From: Toensbergia leucococca | Taxonomy: Eukaryota | Direction: 5' to 3' | DNA length: 64,000 nucleotides | Assembly: GCA_022813965.1 (NCBI GenBank) | Contig: JALDZS010000003.1 | Span: 124,001-188,000, forward strand | Part shown: one piece after another, positions 40,396 through 53,065 of the stretch | How positions within the stretch are numbered: the stretch's first letter is position 1 | How the letters are laid out: every line of letters starts with the position of its first letter | The notes under the pieces: generated by a model | What the model was told of the DNA's origin: nothing | The model's input: only the letters and a program-made list of their open reading frames with translations | Database searches by the model: none | Made by a program: the position numbers and the translations under genes

Positions 40396-40434
40396 CCAAT
40401 CAGACCGATAAGGCGCGTCTTAACCCTAACGCGA
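40396..40434. promoter_or_regulatory. CCAAT box, CGCG cores and a telomere-like TAACCCTAA motif in a divergent promoter
   Basis: ccaat 40396-40400, gcgcgt 40413-40418, taaccctaac 40421-40430 and acgcga 40429-40434, in the ~300-bp gap between ATG 40220(-) and ASK1 ATG 40528(+). Confidence 0.4.
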
Positions 40435-40527
40435 CTATCAAAGTTCGTTACACCGTACTGCTGACCCACCTACCTTCTCTTTTGCGCTCTGCTCAATTGC
40501 ATCAAATTGGATTGGACTGCTGTAGTC

Positions 40528-41894
40528 ATGTCACGCATAAGTATGCCCTCACAGCGTACTCTTACCCTGACCGAGGAGCTAGAAAAAATAGAGCAATCAA
40601 TTACATTGACTCTCCAAGGTAATACTTCCCCTTCTCCACAAGCAAACCACACCAACGACTAATGCCTACCCCAGAAATCGACCATAACTTCAGCCGCGCC
40701 CACAGAATCGTCACAACAAGTATCCTTCCCGTAGTAGAACAATACGCAGAACACTCCAAAAACGTGTGGGAGGGCTCCAAAGTAACACCACTCCCCTCCT
40801 TCCATCTTAAAAAGCCACACCTTTATAACAAATCCCCACAGTTCTGGAAACAATTCTTCGAAGCCTCAGCCAACGTCTCCCTCTCTGGCTATGAAGAGCC
40901 CCCCGCCGAAGAGGAAGAAGAAACCATAACCGACGACCATACCCTTGAAACAAACGCCTCCTCCTCCGCTTACGCTTCCCCATCCCAGGAACCCGCCGAT
41001 CAGACTCTGACACCAACCAACGCGAACGAATCCTCCTTTTTTGACACCACTCCACAAGTCAAACCCAACCCCGGCGCCTCCAGACCCCCAACAATAGCAC
41101 CCTACTCTTCCCCCTACGAAACCCTCAAACGCCAAGTCCAAGGCCTACCTCCCACAGACCCCTCATCCTCCACCCTCCCCAGTACCCCCCAGAACCATCC
41201 GCCCTCTCCACTCACCGTACAATCCTCCCCCTTCCTCCCCCCTTCCACAACCCGACGCCCTTCCCACCGCACCCCCGCAAACGATATCCTCCTCCACCGC
41301 ATCCTTGACAAGAATTGGCGCCTCCAAGCAACCCCACACACCCAACCCAGACTCCCAAAACCCAGCACCCATAAAAACCCATCAAAACCCTACTCAAACC
41401 CCGCCGACGACTCCCTAGACTCCAGCCCCCCAGCCCCAGCCCCGGAACTGCATTCCGAAGTCTTCGGCTCCCCCGTCCGCCGCATCCCTGGCGTAAGCAT
41501 CCTAACACCAGCCCGAGGCGCCGCCACCAAAAAGCCATTTTCCCAGAAAGCTCCATCAGCAACCCCCCAAACTCACGGAGGGATCTGGGACAGCGACAGC
41601 GACGAAGACGCGGAGATGGAGGGCATGTCCCCGCCCAAAACGATGCAATTCCACATCCCGCAGAGCAGGCTTTTGCAAACACCCGGTACAAACATTTTCC
41701 CCTCCCTGTCTCCTCTCCCCTCCCCTCTCCAACCAAATATCCCAACTAACCTCCTCCCCTCAGCCCGCGAAGCAAGCAAACGCATCGTCTCCGACATCCT
41801 CCTCACGGCCGGCGGTAACATAAGCGACGAACCGGACGAAGACAGCCCGAGCGTCATCAAGCGCGGGACCTTACTGGACGAGGACACGTTCTAG
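40528..41894 (+). CDS. ASK1: DASH/Dam1 kinetochore complex subunit Ask1
   Basis: Exons 40528-40618, 40675-40781, 40842-41685, 41764-41894. LTLTEELEKIEQSITLTLQEIDHNFSRAHRIVTTSILP..W..SKFWKQFFEASANVSLSGYE; C-terminal MSPPKTMQF..LLQTPAREASKRIV. Confidence 0.93.
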
Positions 41895-42310
41895 ACTGTT
41901 TTCCAATATCGGGCGTTTGGAGGGATATGGCGCGGGTACGGAACACTAGGGCGTAGGTCTGGGGCATAAATTTCAACATGGCGAATTTGGGGGGACGAAT
42001 ATCCACGACTGAGGGGGAAGGAAGCTGAGGATTATAGGGGGAATAGCTCAATCCCAGCTTATATTAGCTTAGGGCGGATACTCACTCTCAAGCTGTGCCT
42101 TTCTACGACCGGAATTTTTCAGGGGCATGCATCCGATCAAGGACGTAACCTTCAAGGCCATTTAGGGATTTATGGAACATCAAATGGCATAATGAGCCTA
42201 GCACCGTTTACAAAATGCGTGGAACAGCAACTACAAGCACTACCACACCCACACCAGAAACCCTCCCTCGGAGTCCCAAAGTAAAGAGCTCAAAACACTC
42301 ATTCAATCGC

Positions 42311-42355
42311 AACACCAACACCAACACCAACCCTATCATCATCATCATCATCATC
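42311..42355. repeat. Microsatellites (AACACC)3 and (ATC)7 in the ASK1/RhoGAP convergent spacer
   Basis: Read directly at 42311-42328 and 42335-42355. Confidence 0.85.
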
Positions 42356-42926
42356 TTCATCAAAAAAAAATATCATCATATGTAACCAAACCCCCACCAA
42401 AACCCTACATAAACTCCCCTTCCCCTCCCACCACCTCCCTCAAACTCCCTATCTACATAAACCCCCCACCACCCCTCCCCAAATGGTAAAAACAACCCCA
42501 ACACCTCAGCGCCCATTGCCCAATATCCCCCCCCTCTCCAAAAAAGGGGAAAAAAGGGAAAAAAAAAGAGAAAAGGTATCACGCAGCCCACTCAGTCCAA
42601 CTATCTACCTGAGAAGTAGAAAGACGAAGAGTTGCCCCCCAGCCCCAATTCCCTCCCCGCAGGGGAAATGGGAACCATACAGCGAAGATGAAACAAAGAC
42701 AAAGAGACCCCTCCCTCCCGCTGAAAGTGCTCAGACCAAAAAAAGAAGAGAGAAAAAAACCACCCGTCAAATCAAAAGCTCTGGGAAACGCGTCTAGCGA
42801 TCCCAATTCCATAAAGACCCCATCCAAAAGAAATGAAAAAGCTCATACGGTCATATACAGCACATCGTAAGCGCCTTCCTCTCCAAATCCAAATCCACAA
42901 AGGGGAAGGAAAAACCCCCCTCCAAA

Positions 42927-45900
42927 TCACTCCCCCCCCAAAAAGACCCCCTGGCAGTTCTCAATCAAAAACTGCACCGCTCCATTCTTAGCCTGCGCCT
43001 CGCTCATTTCGCGCACCACACTCTCGGGCCGCATCACCGTCGGCGCAAATACGACCGCCATATTCAAACTCGTCATCCAATTTTCCTTCTCGCGCTCCAC
43101 GACTCTCGCCAGGTGGAAGATGAGGAATTCTAGTACGTCGCGGTGGCGGGGCGGGAGGTCGTTGATGGCGTCGTGCATGATAGCGATGCGAGACTCGGGG
43201 TCGAGGTGCGGGGAGGTGGAGTCGAGGAGTTTATCGTAGACGGGGTAGGTGATGAGTGGCGTGGGGAGGCGGCGGAAGTATTGCTTTAGGGTGGAGGTGA
43301 CAGCGCTGATGTCGAGGTCTGGGTCTGAGATGTCAAAGTCGTTACTGCGTTCGAAGCCTTCCTTTACGTGCTGAATCTGGGAATTGCCTCCCGATTTGCG
43401 GTAGATGCCTTCAATGTCCATGCCTAAAATAGGAATGTGAATAGGGGGTTTAGCAAAATGGAGATTGGGATGGTGTTGATACCTCTGAGCTCGACTTCTT
43501 CGATACACCGCGTAACAATACCAGGAATGTTGACTTTTTCATATTCGGCACGTTGCTCGAGCTCGGAACCGAATAGGACTATAACATTATTAGCATCTTT
43601 TGTTGCTAAAAATGAAGAAAAGAGTTGACCGCTGGCGCCTTCGGCATTGACCGCAGATGTGCTAGCATTTGGTGTACTTCTTTGCTGTCCGGGTTTTCCC
43701 TTCTGATTACCAAAGAAACCAAAGCCCTGGCGGGAAGGATCGTGTGGGTTCGATTTGGTAAGGCTGTTAGTAGGATACTCTTGGTCTTGGGGCATTGAGG
43801 CATAAGGCATGCTCTCCGAGAACGACCCCTCGCGTTGATTCCTGTGGTTGGTATCGGTTGAAGTGAAGGCACCTTTCAGACCCTTTGTGACACCCTTGGC
43901 AACGGTGTGTCCCCCCTTCTTCCAGTTGAACCTCTTCGGCTGGCCTTTGCGCATATTCACTACTTGCGGCGCAGTCAGAATGGTAGCAGACTCCGCATCA
44001 TTTTCTTGTACGAGAGTGGAGCTAGCAGATCCAGTCATGCTACTCTCGGTAACTGAAGGTCGCAGATCTCGACTTTCCATCGATGTTGTGGACTGCTCTT
44101 TTTGGTGGTGAGTGTATATTCCAAGACCATTAGGTGCTGCGCGTCCCACATCGGAAGAGGGGCCAGCGCTAGCTTTGTACAATCCTTGAATCTGATGAAC
44201 CAGGTGATTGTTGAGTTCGGCCAGTTGGGAGTTCTTTATGGATAACTGCTCAAATTCTTGGAGACTTTTGTCCCTTAAATGAGTAAGATTGGCAACTTCT
44301 TCAACAGTTTCGTTTCTCTTCTGGATCAGATCCTCGATTTGTGGTGCGTAGGAGTCCTTCAGATCTTGCAAAGATTCGGCAAATTTTCGAAGTACCGTAT
44401 TGCTCATCTTTCCAAGATCTAAAGGCTCGCCACTCTTTTTCGCGGCAGCAATGTGCTCTGTCAACACCTCAAGCTCACGAATAACTATCTCTTTCTGCGA
44501 ATTAAGAAACACCATCGTAGATCTCTTTTCTCGTAATTCAGTATTCATTTCCTTGATACTTGTTTTTCCATCCAGTGCGGCTTCCAATTCGACGATCCTC
44601 TGATCCTTCTCCACGATTTTCTGCCGCTCTCGAAGGAGCTCATTCTTGAACCATGTAAGCTCTTCCCTCGTATCTGGCAACGAAGACGTAGGACTTATCT
44701 CCTGGCCAAACGGGGCGCCAGCGGTCCCGTTCAGGGGCGATTTCGGCCACTTGTGTTCTTTTGAAAGCCGAGTGCCCCGATCACTGTAGCTTCTTGCATG
44801 ACGGACTGAGTGCGAAACCCGACGTAAAAAGGAAGAATGATCTGGGTGCTCTTCGTTGCCTAAGATACGAGCCATATCCTCGTCCATCGTAAAGTCTCCT
44901 CCTGCACTGTAGCGCGGCAACCTAGGTGATACAGGTTGGTCGCCGTTATGTGAAATGTCTGATTGCCGTCTGCTCGTGGAATCCAACCTTTCTTTCTGGG
45001 TTTCGGTCGGAGGATGAGGAGGTACCCTAGGTGCGACAAAGGATTCTGCTACTAAGCTATTTACAGGGGCTGGACGATTTCGAGAACGTAAAGGAGACGG
45101 AGGAATTTCAGAGGCACTTGCAGATCTCGGGGTTGATTCGATTGGGTGCGAGATCGTCCTTCCCCCATTCATATTTACAACCGCAGTTGGAGAATTGCGA
45201 GAAGGCGTAGAAGCTGATGCAGGTGAACTCTGTTCAAGTCCATTCTCGGGTGCAGACTTGGTAGTGTAAATAGCAGTCGTCTCTTTTCTGGTTGCGGCCT
45301 GTTGTTTCGTGGTTATTTTGGCCAAAGAATCGCCTCGTTGGGGAATATTCTGGATTTGCGTGCTTCTGGGGGGAGGATGTTGTATCGGCGATTCGGACAA
45401 TCCATTCTCTTGTGCAACGGAGGCCTTAGAAATGTGGGGAGATCCATTGATGTGCATATCAGACTGTGAAGGCTTAGGAGACCCGCTAGAAGGAGGTGTT
45501 ACCAAGAGCTCCTTAACATCCGTAGTCGCAGATACAGGAGCAGAGCTAGACTTCGGCGTTGCAAATGCGGTATCCAGCACAGGCGTTGAACTATTGGATC
45601 TCGAATCCCTTTGAGATCCTCCAGACTTTTTCCATTTGGGAACCTCTTGTAACCTAAATTGATCTTTGTTGGTCTCGTTTTGATCAGAACGAGGGCCGCT
45701 AAGGACTTCTTGGGTTTTGTCTACTGTAGCGACACCACTGGAGACGCTCCCAAGACCCTGCTCCTTTCTCCGACGAATGGTTTCTAGCTTATCAGACGAT
45801 GTTTCTCGACCTTTCTCTTGATATGCGATGTGTGGGCTGATTGATTCCGAGGAAGGGCGCGAGTCTGCCTGTGAGGTCGGACCAGAGGAAATTTGTGGAG

Positions 45901-47010
45901 TTTCGTAGTCTTGTGAGGGTCTTTGTGGTGTGGTATTTGCGATTTTGGCATTGAAGTAATCCCGTGAGACAAATTTACTCTCTACACGGTGTGGTTTTAC
46001 AGGTTCTCCCTGCATATCAAAATCCTGACTTGTCAACGGCGGTGGGCCAGGAGCAAGATTAGGGTCAAGTGTCATCGGGATGAGGAAATCTCCATTGCCT
46101 GAGAGATCAGATCTTTGGGATATGGTAGAGTGTCTGTTGTTTTTATACGTTGTTGAAGGTAACATGAGATTTTCTGCTAGACGTCAACATTACCCAAGTC
46201 TCGAGTTTCATGACTACGTTACCTTTCCGATCTTCTTCAGATGCAACAGGCGACCTTTCTCGCTTTGTGCTCCTGGAAGTCTCGGTCCTCGAAGTCAAAG
46301 GCTTCTTTTGCGCGATGTGAGGTAGTTCTGTGGGCGTGTCTGAATATGCTTCTGACGGGGGCGTTTCAAAATCAGCTGGAAAGACGTCCGGAACAACAGC
46401 ACTTGGTGGTAATGATGGCAGGGACTTCATGGTATTGTTGCTGGCGTGCTTTTGCCGGCTGATCGAGTTCTTTGCGGTCTTTTTCCGTCGTCGTTGCATC
46501 AGAGATTCGTGGCATTCCATACAAAATATGCCTTGTGAAGTCCGTGCATACTTGAGGTTCTCGATCCTCTTTTTACAATTCCTGCATCGAAAACAACTGG
46601 CACAGAAAGCCTGATCACCAGTAAGGATAGCGAGGTCCTCAATTTTATTCCCACATGCGCTGCAACTATATGTACAGTTGTTGCAAATGAGCGACCCGTC
46701 GCCCAGCAAGAGGAGGTTCGCATCAGAGTCGAGAAGGGTACTGCAGGTATTGCATCGGAAACAATCGATGTGCCAACGATTGCCGGCTACGGAATGATCA
46801 GCACATCAATTTCACATGGGCTCCATATTGCGACACATACCAAGTTCGAAAGCTTTGCCCTCTTCGAGGATCTATATGAAGAAAGACCATGTCAGCAGAT
46901 GCCCCAAGTGGACAAGCGGCGTGTTGCCGTACCTCGCCACATCCTTTGCACGGATAGGGAGAGTCGTCTTGCTCCATGGGAGAGTCCGGGAAAGCAGAAG
47001 AAATGTCCAT
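42927..47010 (-). CDS. RGA1: Rho/Cdc42 GTPase-activating protein with two N-terminal LIM domains (Rga1/Rga2-like)
   Basis: Exons 47010-46933, 46871-46841, 46786-46223, 46173-43630, 43578-43483, 43423-42927. LIM motifs CKGC..WHIDCFRCNTC..ICNNC and CSAC..FCASCFRCRNC..FCMECH; coiled coil; GAP domain EGIYRKSG, LKQYFRRLPTPL, NMAVVFAPT. Confidence 0.92.
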
Positions 47011-48276
47011 ATTGGATTGAGAATAGCAGAAAATGAACTGGCTAATTGATGACGGATGATCGGCAGCTCGTAGACGAGAGCGTCTCTGCTATGCAACAGT
47101 CATGCCAAAGCAGGTCGAAGGACTTCTTTGTCCTCCTCAGTTACACAGATAAGCAGTCTTCAATCAACGCCACAGAATAGCTGGTGACAGTGAACTGTGT
47201 GGTGGGACAGGACTGCGAACGTGGTGGTGATTCTGGCCCACATTCAAGTAAAAAGCTAGTCTGGATGAAGGGGGGGCCTCACACCGGAACAAATGGCGCT
47301 TGCTGGGGTGGGTGCAGCAGCGTGCTTGTTTCAAAAGTCTGACTGTCGATATGGCTACCTAATGATTTCCAACAGCGTCAGAAAAGGGATTATTACCAAG
47401 CAGCAAGGATGTACGAGCACAGATGGTCACAATAGTACGAGTAGCATAGATGGATGTTCATAGCCAGTACCAAGCAATGGGAATGGGGAAAGGGAAAGGG
47501 AGACGGAAAGGAAAATGGCAATTGGCAATTCACGGGCAGGCTGAGTAGACGCAATTCCAACTGCATCAAGTAGGCTGAAATGGAGGATTCGATGAATCAA
47601 GCCACATTCTTTTAGCGCGGGAGAAGCGAGCATCCGATGGCCAGGGGTGGTCCGCCTAAGGACTAAGGTACCACGTACATACAGTGATCATCGGATCTAC
47701 ATACTCGTACTCGTACAAGAAGGAGGAGCATTGGAATCTGCTTCTTCTAAAGGAGCTTGGTGCAAATGGTGCCCATTTTGCCCTTCCATATTCCATCTCA
47801 GAGTGGAGTAGGTGGCCTTGCCTGATATCTATGCAGACCTAACAGACAGACCTCGTTTTCAATCAGATCAGATCCCTTACTGACTGAAGCTGTCATTACG
47901 CCTTACACTTCATGCTGACCTCTTTCTCGAATAAGTATTGTTGTTACGTGCACTCGTGCGACGGCCTTGTTTCATCGGACCATCTTACCCACCAACATAG
48001 ATGCTTTGTTTATGCATTTCCCATCCCTTTCCTAAGAGAACTACAGCCAGTACATGGCTATGGCGGTTTCCCACAGCTCCGGGTACATGAATCAAGCATG
48101 CTCCGGCTGCATATGGGGCCGCATAGGGTTGATTGCTAAGGTAGGGTAGGTGGTCATGTCGGGCATTTACATACGTATGTACCTAAGAAAGCCTACCTAT
48201 CGTGATTCTAAATAGAATATATCATTCAACCACTTGAGTAACCAACACCCTTGATCGAAGCCCGATTCATCTTTTT

Positions 48277-49142
48277 TCACTGTTCGCATTTGCCGACCCA
48301 ATTCAAAATGTCCAGCCCCTTTCCAGGCCCTTCCTGTCTTATCAGTTCCTCCTCTCTCTGGATTTTGTCTTTCATCGCGGTTAGATCTTTCCTGGCATAC
48401 ATCCCTGTAATCTGTATCTCCACACAATTTCTTACAGCCTCATATTGCGCAACGCTCCACCTTCCACTAGCAACCCTTAATGTCCAGAACCCAGGAACCT
48501 TTCTTGCGTCCTCGTTCTCCTCAGTGGCATTCATGTCATTCGCAACAGATAATGCTGCAAGCACTAGCGATTCACATTCTGGCATCAACAACATCCGTTG
48601 TGCAGAGGAAGCATGAATTTGTGAGTCTGCGTGGGTAGAACCGTCTGAATATGCTGAATTATCTGCATTGTTGACAAGTCTTTGACAGGTCTCGTGCCAT
48701 TGACCATCAAAAAACAGATTGTGATGGAGAGACGCAAGGATGGTCGCAGCCTGAGCGAATAGGGGAAGCAACTGATCGAAAGATCCTGAAATTGTGCAAA
48801 GGTTACGAACAAGACTGAAAATTAGCGCCATGGACGGTGAGCTAGTGCAGGTCTGGTGTGGAATAAGAGAGTGGAGGACGTTGGTGGCAGCTGAATGAGG
48901 AGGGCTATCAGTACCACTTGTGCTTCGGGTTCGGTAGTGTAAACATCCGGAGCAGGAACTGTACCTTTGATACTGTAAAAGTCCTGAGGGTGGATTGGTA
49001 CCAGACAGAGGGTATCTGGGGAAGGGGAGGCAGTTTTGGCAGACACAGCAATTGGGGGAGTTGGTGAGCCCTCGATGGCACTTCTCACATCATCGCGCCA
49101 TGCTTCAACCTCCCTATTGTTCTGGCTCAAAGATCTCTTCAT
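48277..49142 (-). CDS. Hypothetical (apparently lineage-restricted) protein, about 263 aa
   Basis: Exons 49142-48965 and 48890-48277 are joined in frame by a 74-nt intron (GTACAG donor, CTGAT branch, TTCAG acceptor). A TATA-like element lies ~80 bp upstream. No recognisable domain. Confidence 0.55.
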
Positions 49143-49218
49143 TCTCTGGTGGCGTACCCGACTTAGGGTCTGATATGTTGATGTGCGTGAGATATGCTAG
49201 GAAGGCAGTGTGCGAAGA

Positions 49219-49233
49219 TATTTATATATATAT
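49219..49233 (-). promoter_or_regulatory. TATA box candidate for the 49142 gene
   Basis: Minus strand reads tatatatataaata, ~80-90 bp upstream of ATG 49142. Confidence 0.4.
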
Positions 49234-50257
49234 CTGAAACTAATCGTCACGATGACAAACGCAGAGTGGAAGTGCACACGTATGAAAGAAACAACACAGC
49301 ACTTGAGAAAATTCTGATGCAACGCAGAGCCATAGGAAAGATATTGAAAGGAAATTTCATCAACAGAATCGAGGCTGATGGTGCAACTAGACATCCTAAT
49401 AAAGATATACATGGCCTCATGGACATATTTCCAATACCTAGATGTTCTTGACAGAGTCAGAGGTCTGAAAGTGATGTTGTCAATCATTTGCAACATATGA
49501 GCTTGATGGGAGTGATGGTCGCTGATTCTAAGCTGCAAGAGACGAATGTGGTTGACAGAAACAGGGGATAACGTTCAATACGCACGGGCCAAGTCTGACA
49601 ATTGACTGGCACTCCCAGACCAGGTAGGGAATAGAAAAACGATTTGGTGGATCTATAATACAATTAGCGGTAATTGCTTTTCTGATATCAAACTCGATTT
49701 GATGAGACGCTATTACTCCTTTTGTACAAGATCTTTCATGGTGAGAATAGGTAGAAGCCAAGCATCTCACACCCACAGTGCAAACAGGCTGAGGCATATA
49801 TTGTTTTCAACCCTCGTATTATATTTCAGGTGGAGGTGACTGGGAATGTTCAAGCCTAACAGTACTTGTAAGATCAGTCATACGGAACAGGACGAACAAC
49901 AGCACCAAGTCAAGGATGGTCGTCCAGTGATAATCAACCTCTTCAATGGTACCTAAGATATCATAATTGGCAGATGACAATGTTCACACGACTCATCTTG
50001 CGTGTCTTCGATTGAGTAGCTGGAAGCAAACGATGACATTGCTCTAGCCACGCAGAGCAGAGATGATACTGAAATTGAACAGCTCACGCAGGAGATTAAT
50101 GATAAGAAGTTTATGATAGTGGACGACAAAATTATCAATGGAGCAGGGATCAAAGTAAACATTTTCCAGGAGTTGACTTGAGTCTTCACGTGTATAGTTA
50201 ACCTACTCAACCAAATGTTGTACATCAAAAGTGCCCGGCCTCGGCGCCAGCGCTGAC

Positions 50258-51963
50258 CTACTCTTTCCCGAAATCGCTGTCCCGGCCATCTCGACTCGTT
50301 CGCGGGCTTGTGTCAATCACGCTGCTATCTGGCGTGTCTTCACTCTCAGCCGGCGTGTACTGGAATCCGTCCACCACACCGTCGTCAATACTTGTCTCTT
50401 CATAAGTAGGGGGCTGCAAGATCTCGCTTTCGTATCGAGGTAACGTCTCGCTGCTTCCCCTGCGTTCCGACCCGTTCAATTCATGTACATTCATGATCCT
50501 TCCTTCTTCAGCTCGTACGAGATCGCTCACGACTCCATGCGCGTTTCTCAATGCGCGGAAATCACCGTGCATCACAACCTCACGCCAATTTTCTTGCCGT
50601 AAAGCCAATGTACGCTTTTCATCCCAAGTCTTTGCTTTGCCAGTGCTAGATCCAAGCCTGTTACGGACCCCACAGAGCCAACTGCGCCATTGATGAAGCA
50701 TGGCAGCATGTCGATAGAGGCGTCGGTTACGGCATTCTTCACGTCGAGCCGCTCGATCGGCGCGGAGACGGGGATTCCTCAGATTCTTGAAGACGCAGCC
50801 AATCACAGCGGTAAGGCCCACAACCCAGGCTAGAAATTTCAGGGTGTGAATGGCTTTGCAACTACTGCGAGCAGCTAATGCGCATCGAGAGGGTTCGGTC
50901 TTGAGTACTCTACTAGGCTTGCTAGATGACGTGCTACTTTCCGGAGGAGACGTCTGTGCTTCGATCAACCTATCCGACGAAATTTGCGGGACGGAACTTA
51001 AAGCCTTTTGACGGGAGAGAGGAGCTATCCCACTTTGAGTATCTGCTTCCGGGGTAGTAGTATGGGCATTTCGGAGACGATGGCACGATATATGAACGAG
51101 CCCATGAGCTTTGCGTAACATCGATTTAAAAGAGCATCGAAGGCCACGACATGGCTCAGATGTCTCTTTCTGCTCTGTTATGACTAACTTGCCATCTTTG
51201 CTGGTAGTCTTTTCGATAGCTGTAGACTTAGGTCGGAAGATAGGGGAAGGCGTTCGCCAATATTCGGAATCAGAGTCTACAAATATACCGACACTTGGGA
51301 TCAACCTAAAAATCTGAGGATGTCCAAGCTGCTTATAAGAAACAACGAATCCTGTACGGGTGTTGCGCTCTGGAGTATCGACTGAGAACGTAAGGACTTG
51401 GGCGACATCGTCGCCTTGAGAGTTCACTGCTGTCGTCGGGAGAGTATCGAACGAACAGGTGATTTTCCAAGACGCAAAAAAGGAAAAGTTCTCTTTGTAG
51501 TCTTCCACATTTGTATTACGAGAGTGGATAATTCCATGACCATCGGCACTAATGCCATTCCAATGAGAGAGGAGGTTTTGGCCGTTGACGCTCACCGCAC
51601 TCTCACCACAAGGTCTATTCGTTGCATCGACTTGGAAAGTGAAAGTCTGGGACAAATGAGTTATTCAACATCAGGTCAATCATGGTTCGCCATACTTGGT
51701 CTTCCCTTTCCTGGTCTTCTCCGGCCTGATGGCACTCGGGGCAAGGGACCCTAAATTCCACAAAAGCATCTGATGAACCTAGAATGCTATGAGCTTAAGC
51801 TCGCGATGAAGAATTTGCTGACGTATAACGTACGGTAGTCAACTATTGATTCTGCCTGTTCTCCGCTTACCAAATGGCTAATGGATGAAGTAGTTCCGGG
51901 AATTACAATAGCGAAAGTAAAAGTTGAGGACAGCAATGCTGCCGCCTTGGTGAAGCCGCGCAT
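50258..51963 (-). CDS. Type I membrane protein (signal peptide, luminal domain, one TM, PY-motif tail); resembles fungal DUF7728-type proteins
   Basis: Exons 51963-51834, 51778-51696, 51646-50258. Signal MRGFTKAAALLSSTFTFA, PCPEC motif, TM FLAWVVGLTAVIGCVF, RADRAARREE, DLVRAEEGR, LPRY and PPTY. Confidence 0.75.
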
Positions 51964-52251
51964 ACCGGTGCGATACCTCCACAGAGGTCGAGGCCACTTT
52001 TGCCGTCTTACGACATAATACTGACAAGATGAACAATACGAATGGAGGCTCAGGATCACAAATGGTTGCCTAAACCCTCGCTTATGTATTTATGCGCAAG
52101 GTGACGCCGACCCGGGAGTGCCACCAGGTGCCGGAGTTCTGTTTACTCCGAAACCCTTGAATCTACGGAGTACGGATATTCTAGGTAATTATTGTCCGAC
52201 CCCGACCCCTAACATAAGGTACTTACATGAAGACACAGTAGTATCTTAGAC

Positions 52252-52739
52252 ATGGTAAGTTTTCCTTGTGAAATCAACGTCGAATTGAGATTGACTATTG
52301 CAAAATTAGCTACCGCTTGGCCTACTTAATGCGGCCCAAGGCCATCCAATGCTCGTAGAGCTGAAGAATGGAGAAACGCTCAATGGTCATTTGGTCAATT
52401 GCGATACCTGGATGAATTTAACCTTGAAAGAGGTTGTTCAGACCAGCCCCGACGGTGATAAATTCTTTAGACTACCAGAAGTCTACGTCAGAGGAAACAA
52501 TGTTTGCCGCCGTAAATTGATATCTCGGGACAGCAAAATTACTGACTAAGGGTTAGATCAAATATTTACGGGTTCCGGATGAGATTATTGATTTGGTCAA
52601 AGATCAACAGCAGAGCCAGCCTTCAAACCGTGGAAGGGGGGGCAGTGTGCAGCGAGGAGATCATGGGGTTAGAGGTGACCGAGGGAGAGGGGGCAGAGCC
52701 GGAGGTGGTCGTGGGCGTGGTAGAGGCAGAGGGGGATGA
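52252..52739 (+). CDS. LSM4: U6 snRNA-associated Sm-like protein LSm4
   Basis: Exons 52252-52254 (ATG only), 52310-52501, 52557-52739. [55 protein letters not shown] followed by an RGG tail. Confidence 0.96.
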
Positions 52740-53065
52740 AGCAAGCCAGGATGTGCTGGCTTCAAGGAAGGATGTGGCCAAGCTGGAAAGGAGTGAGCTT
52801 TCCTTTAGCTCAAGGAGTAAGATTATCGAGATGTGAGCTACTTCTCAACGGCTGGCCAAGTTGAAGAGACATCTTAGCGACCACTGCCAGCTTGCGCAAA
52901 GACTTGCGAAGAGCATTGAAGCTTTGGCCTGCCAACAGTGCTAGGGAGTCTGTTCGTTTCTCTAGAATACGGCCACTTTTGATCTAGCCCAAGCCCTATC
53001 TTCATTAAGCGAGAATTTCTAGATCATGGAGAAATTGTAGCTCAAGCTTTGTCGTGCAAACATTT

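Noticed and set aside
40421..40430. TAACCCTAAC as a telomerase RNA template or telomere remnant
   Set aside because: It sits in a ~300-bp divergent promoter with no room for a kb-scale RNA, and is only 1.5 repeat units long.
42037..42125. tRNA-like start GGGGGAATAGCTCAAT and Sm-like AATTTTTC
   Set aside because: No T-arm (GTTCRA), acceptor-stem partner or snRNA consensus.
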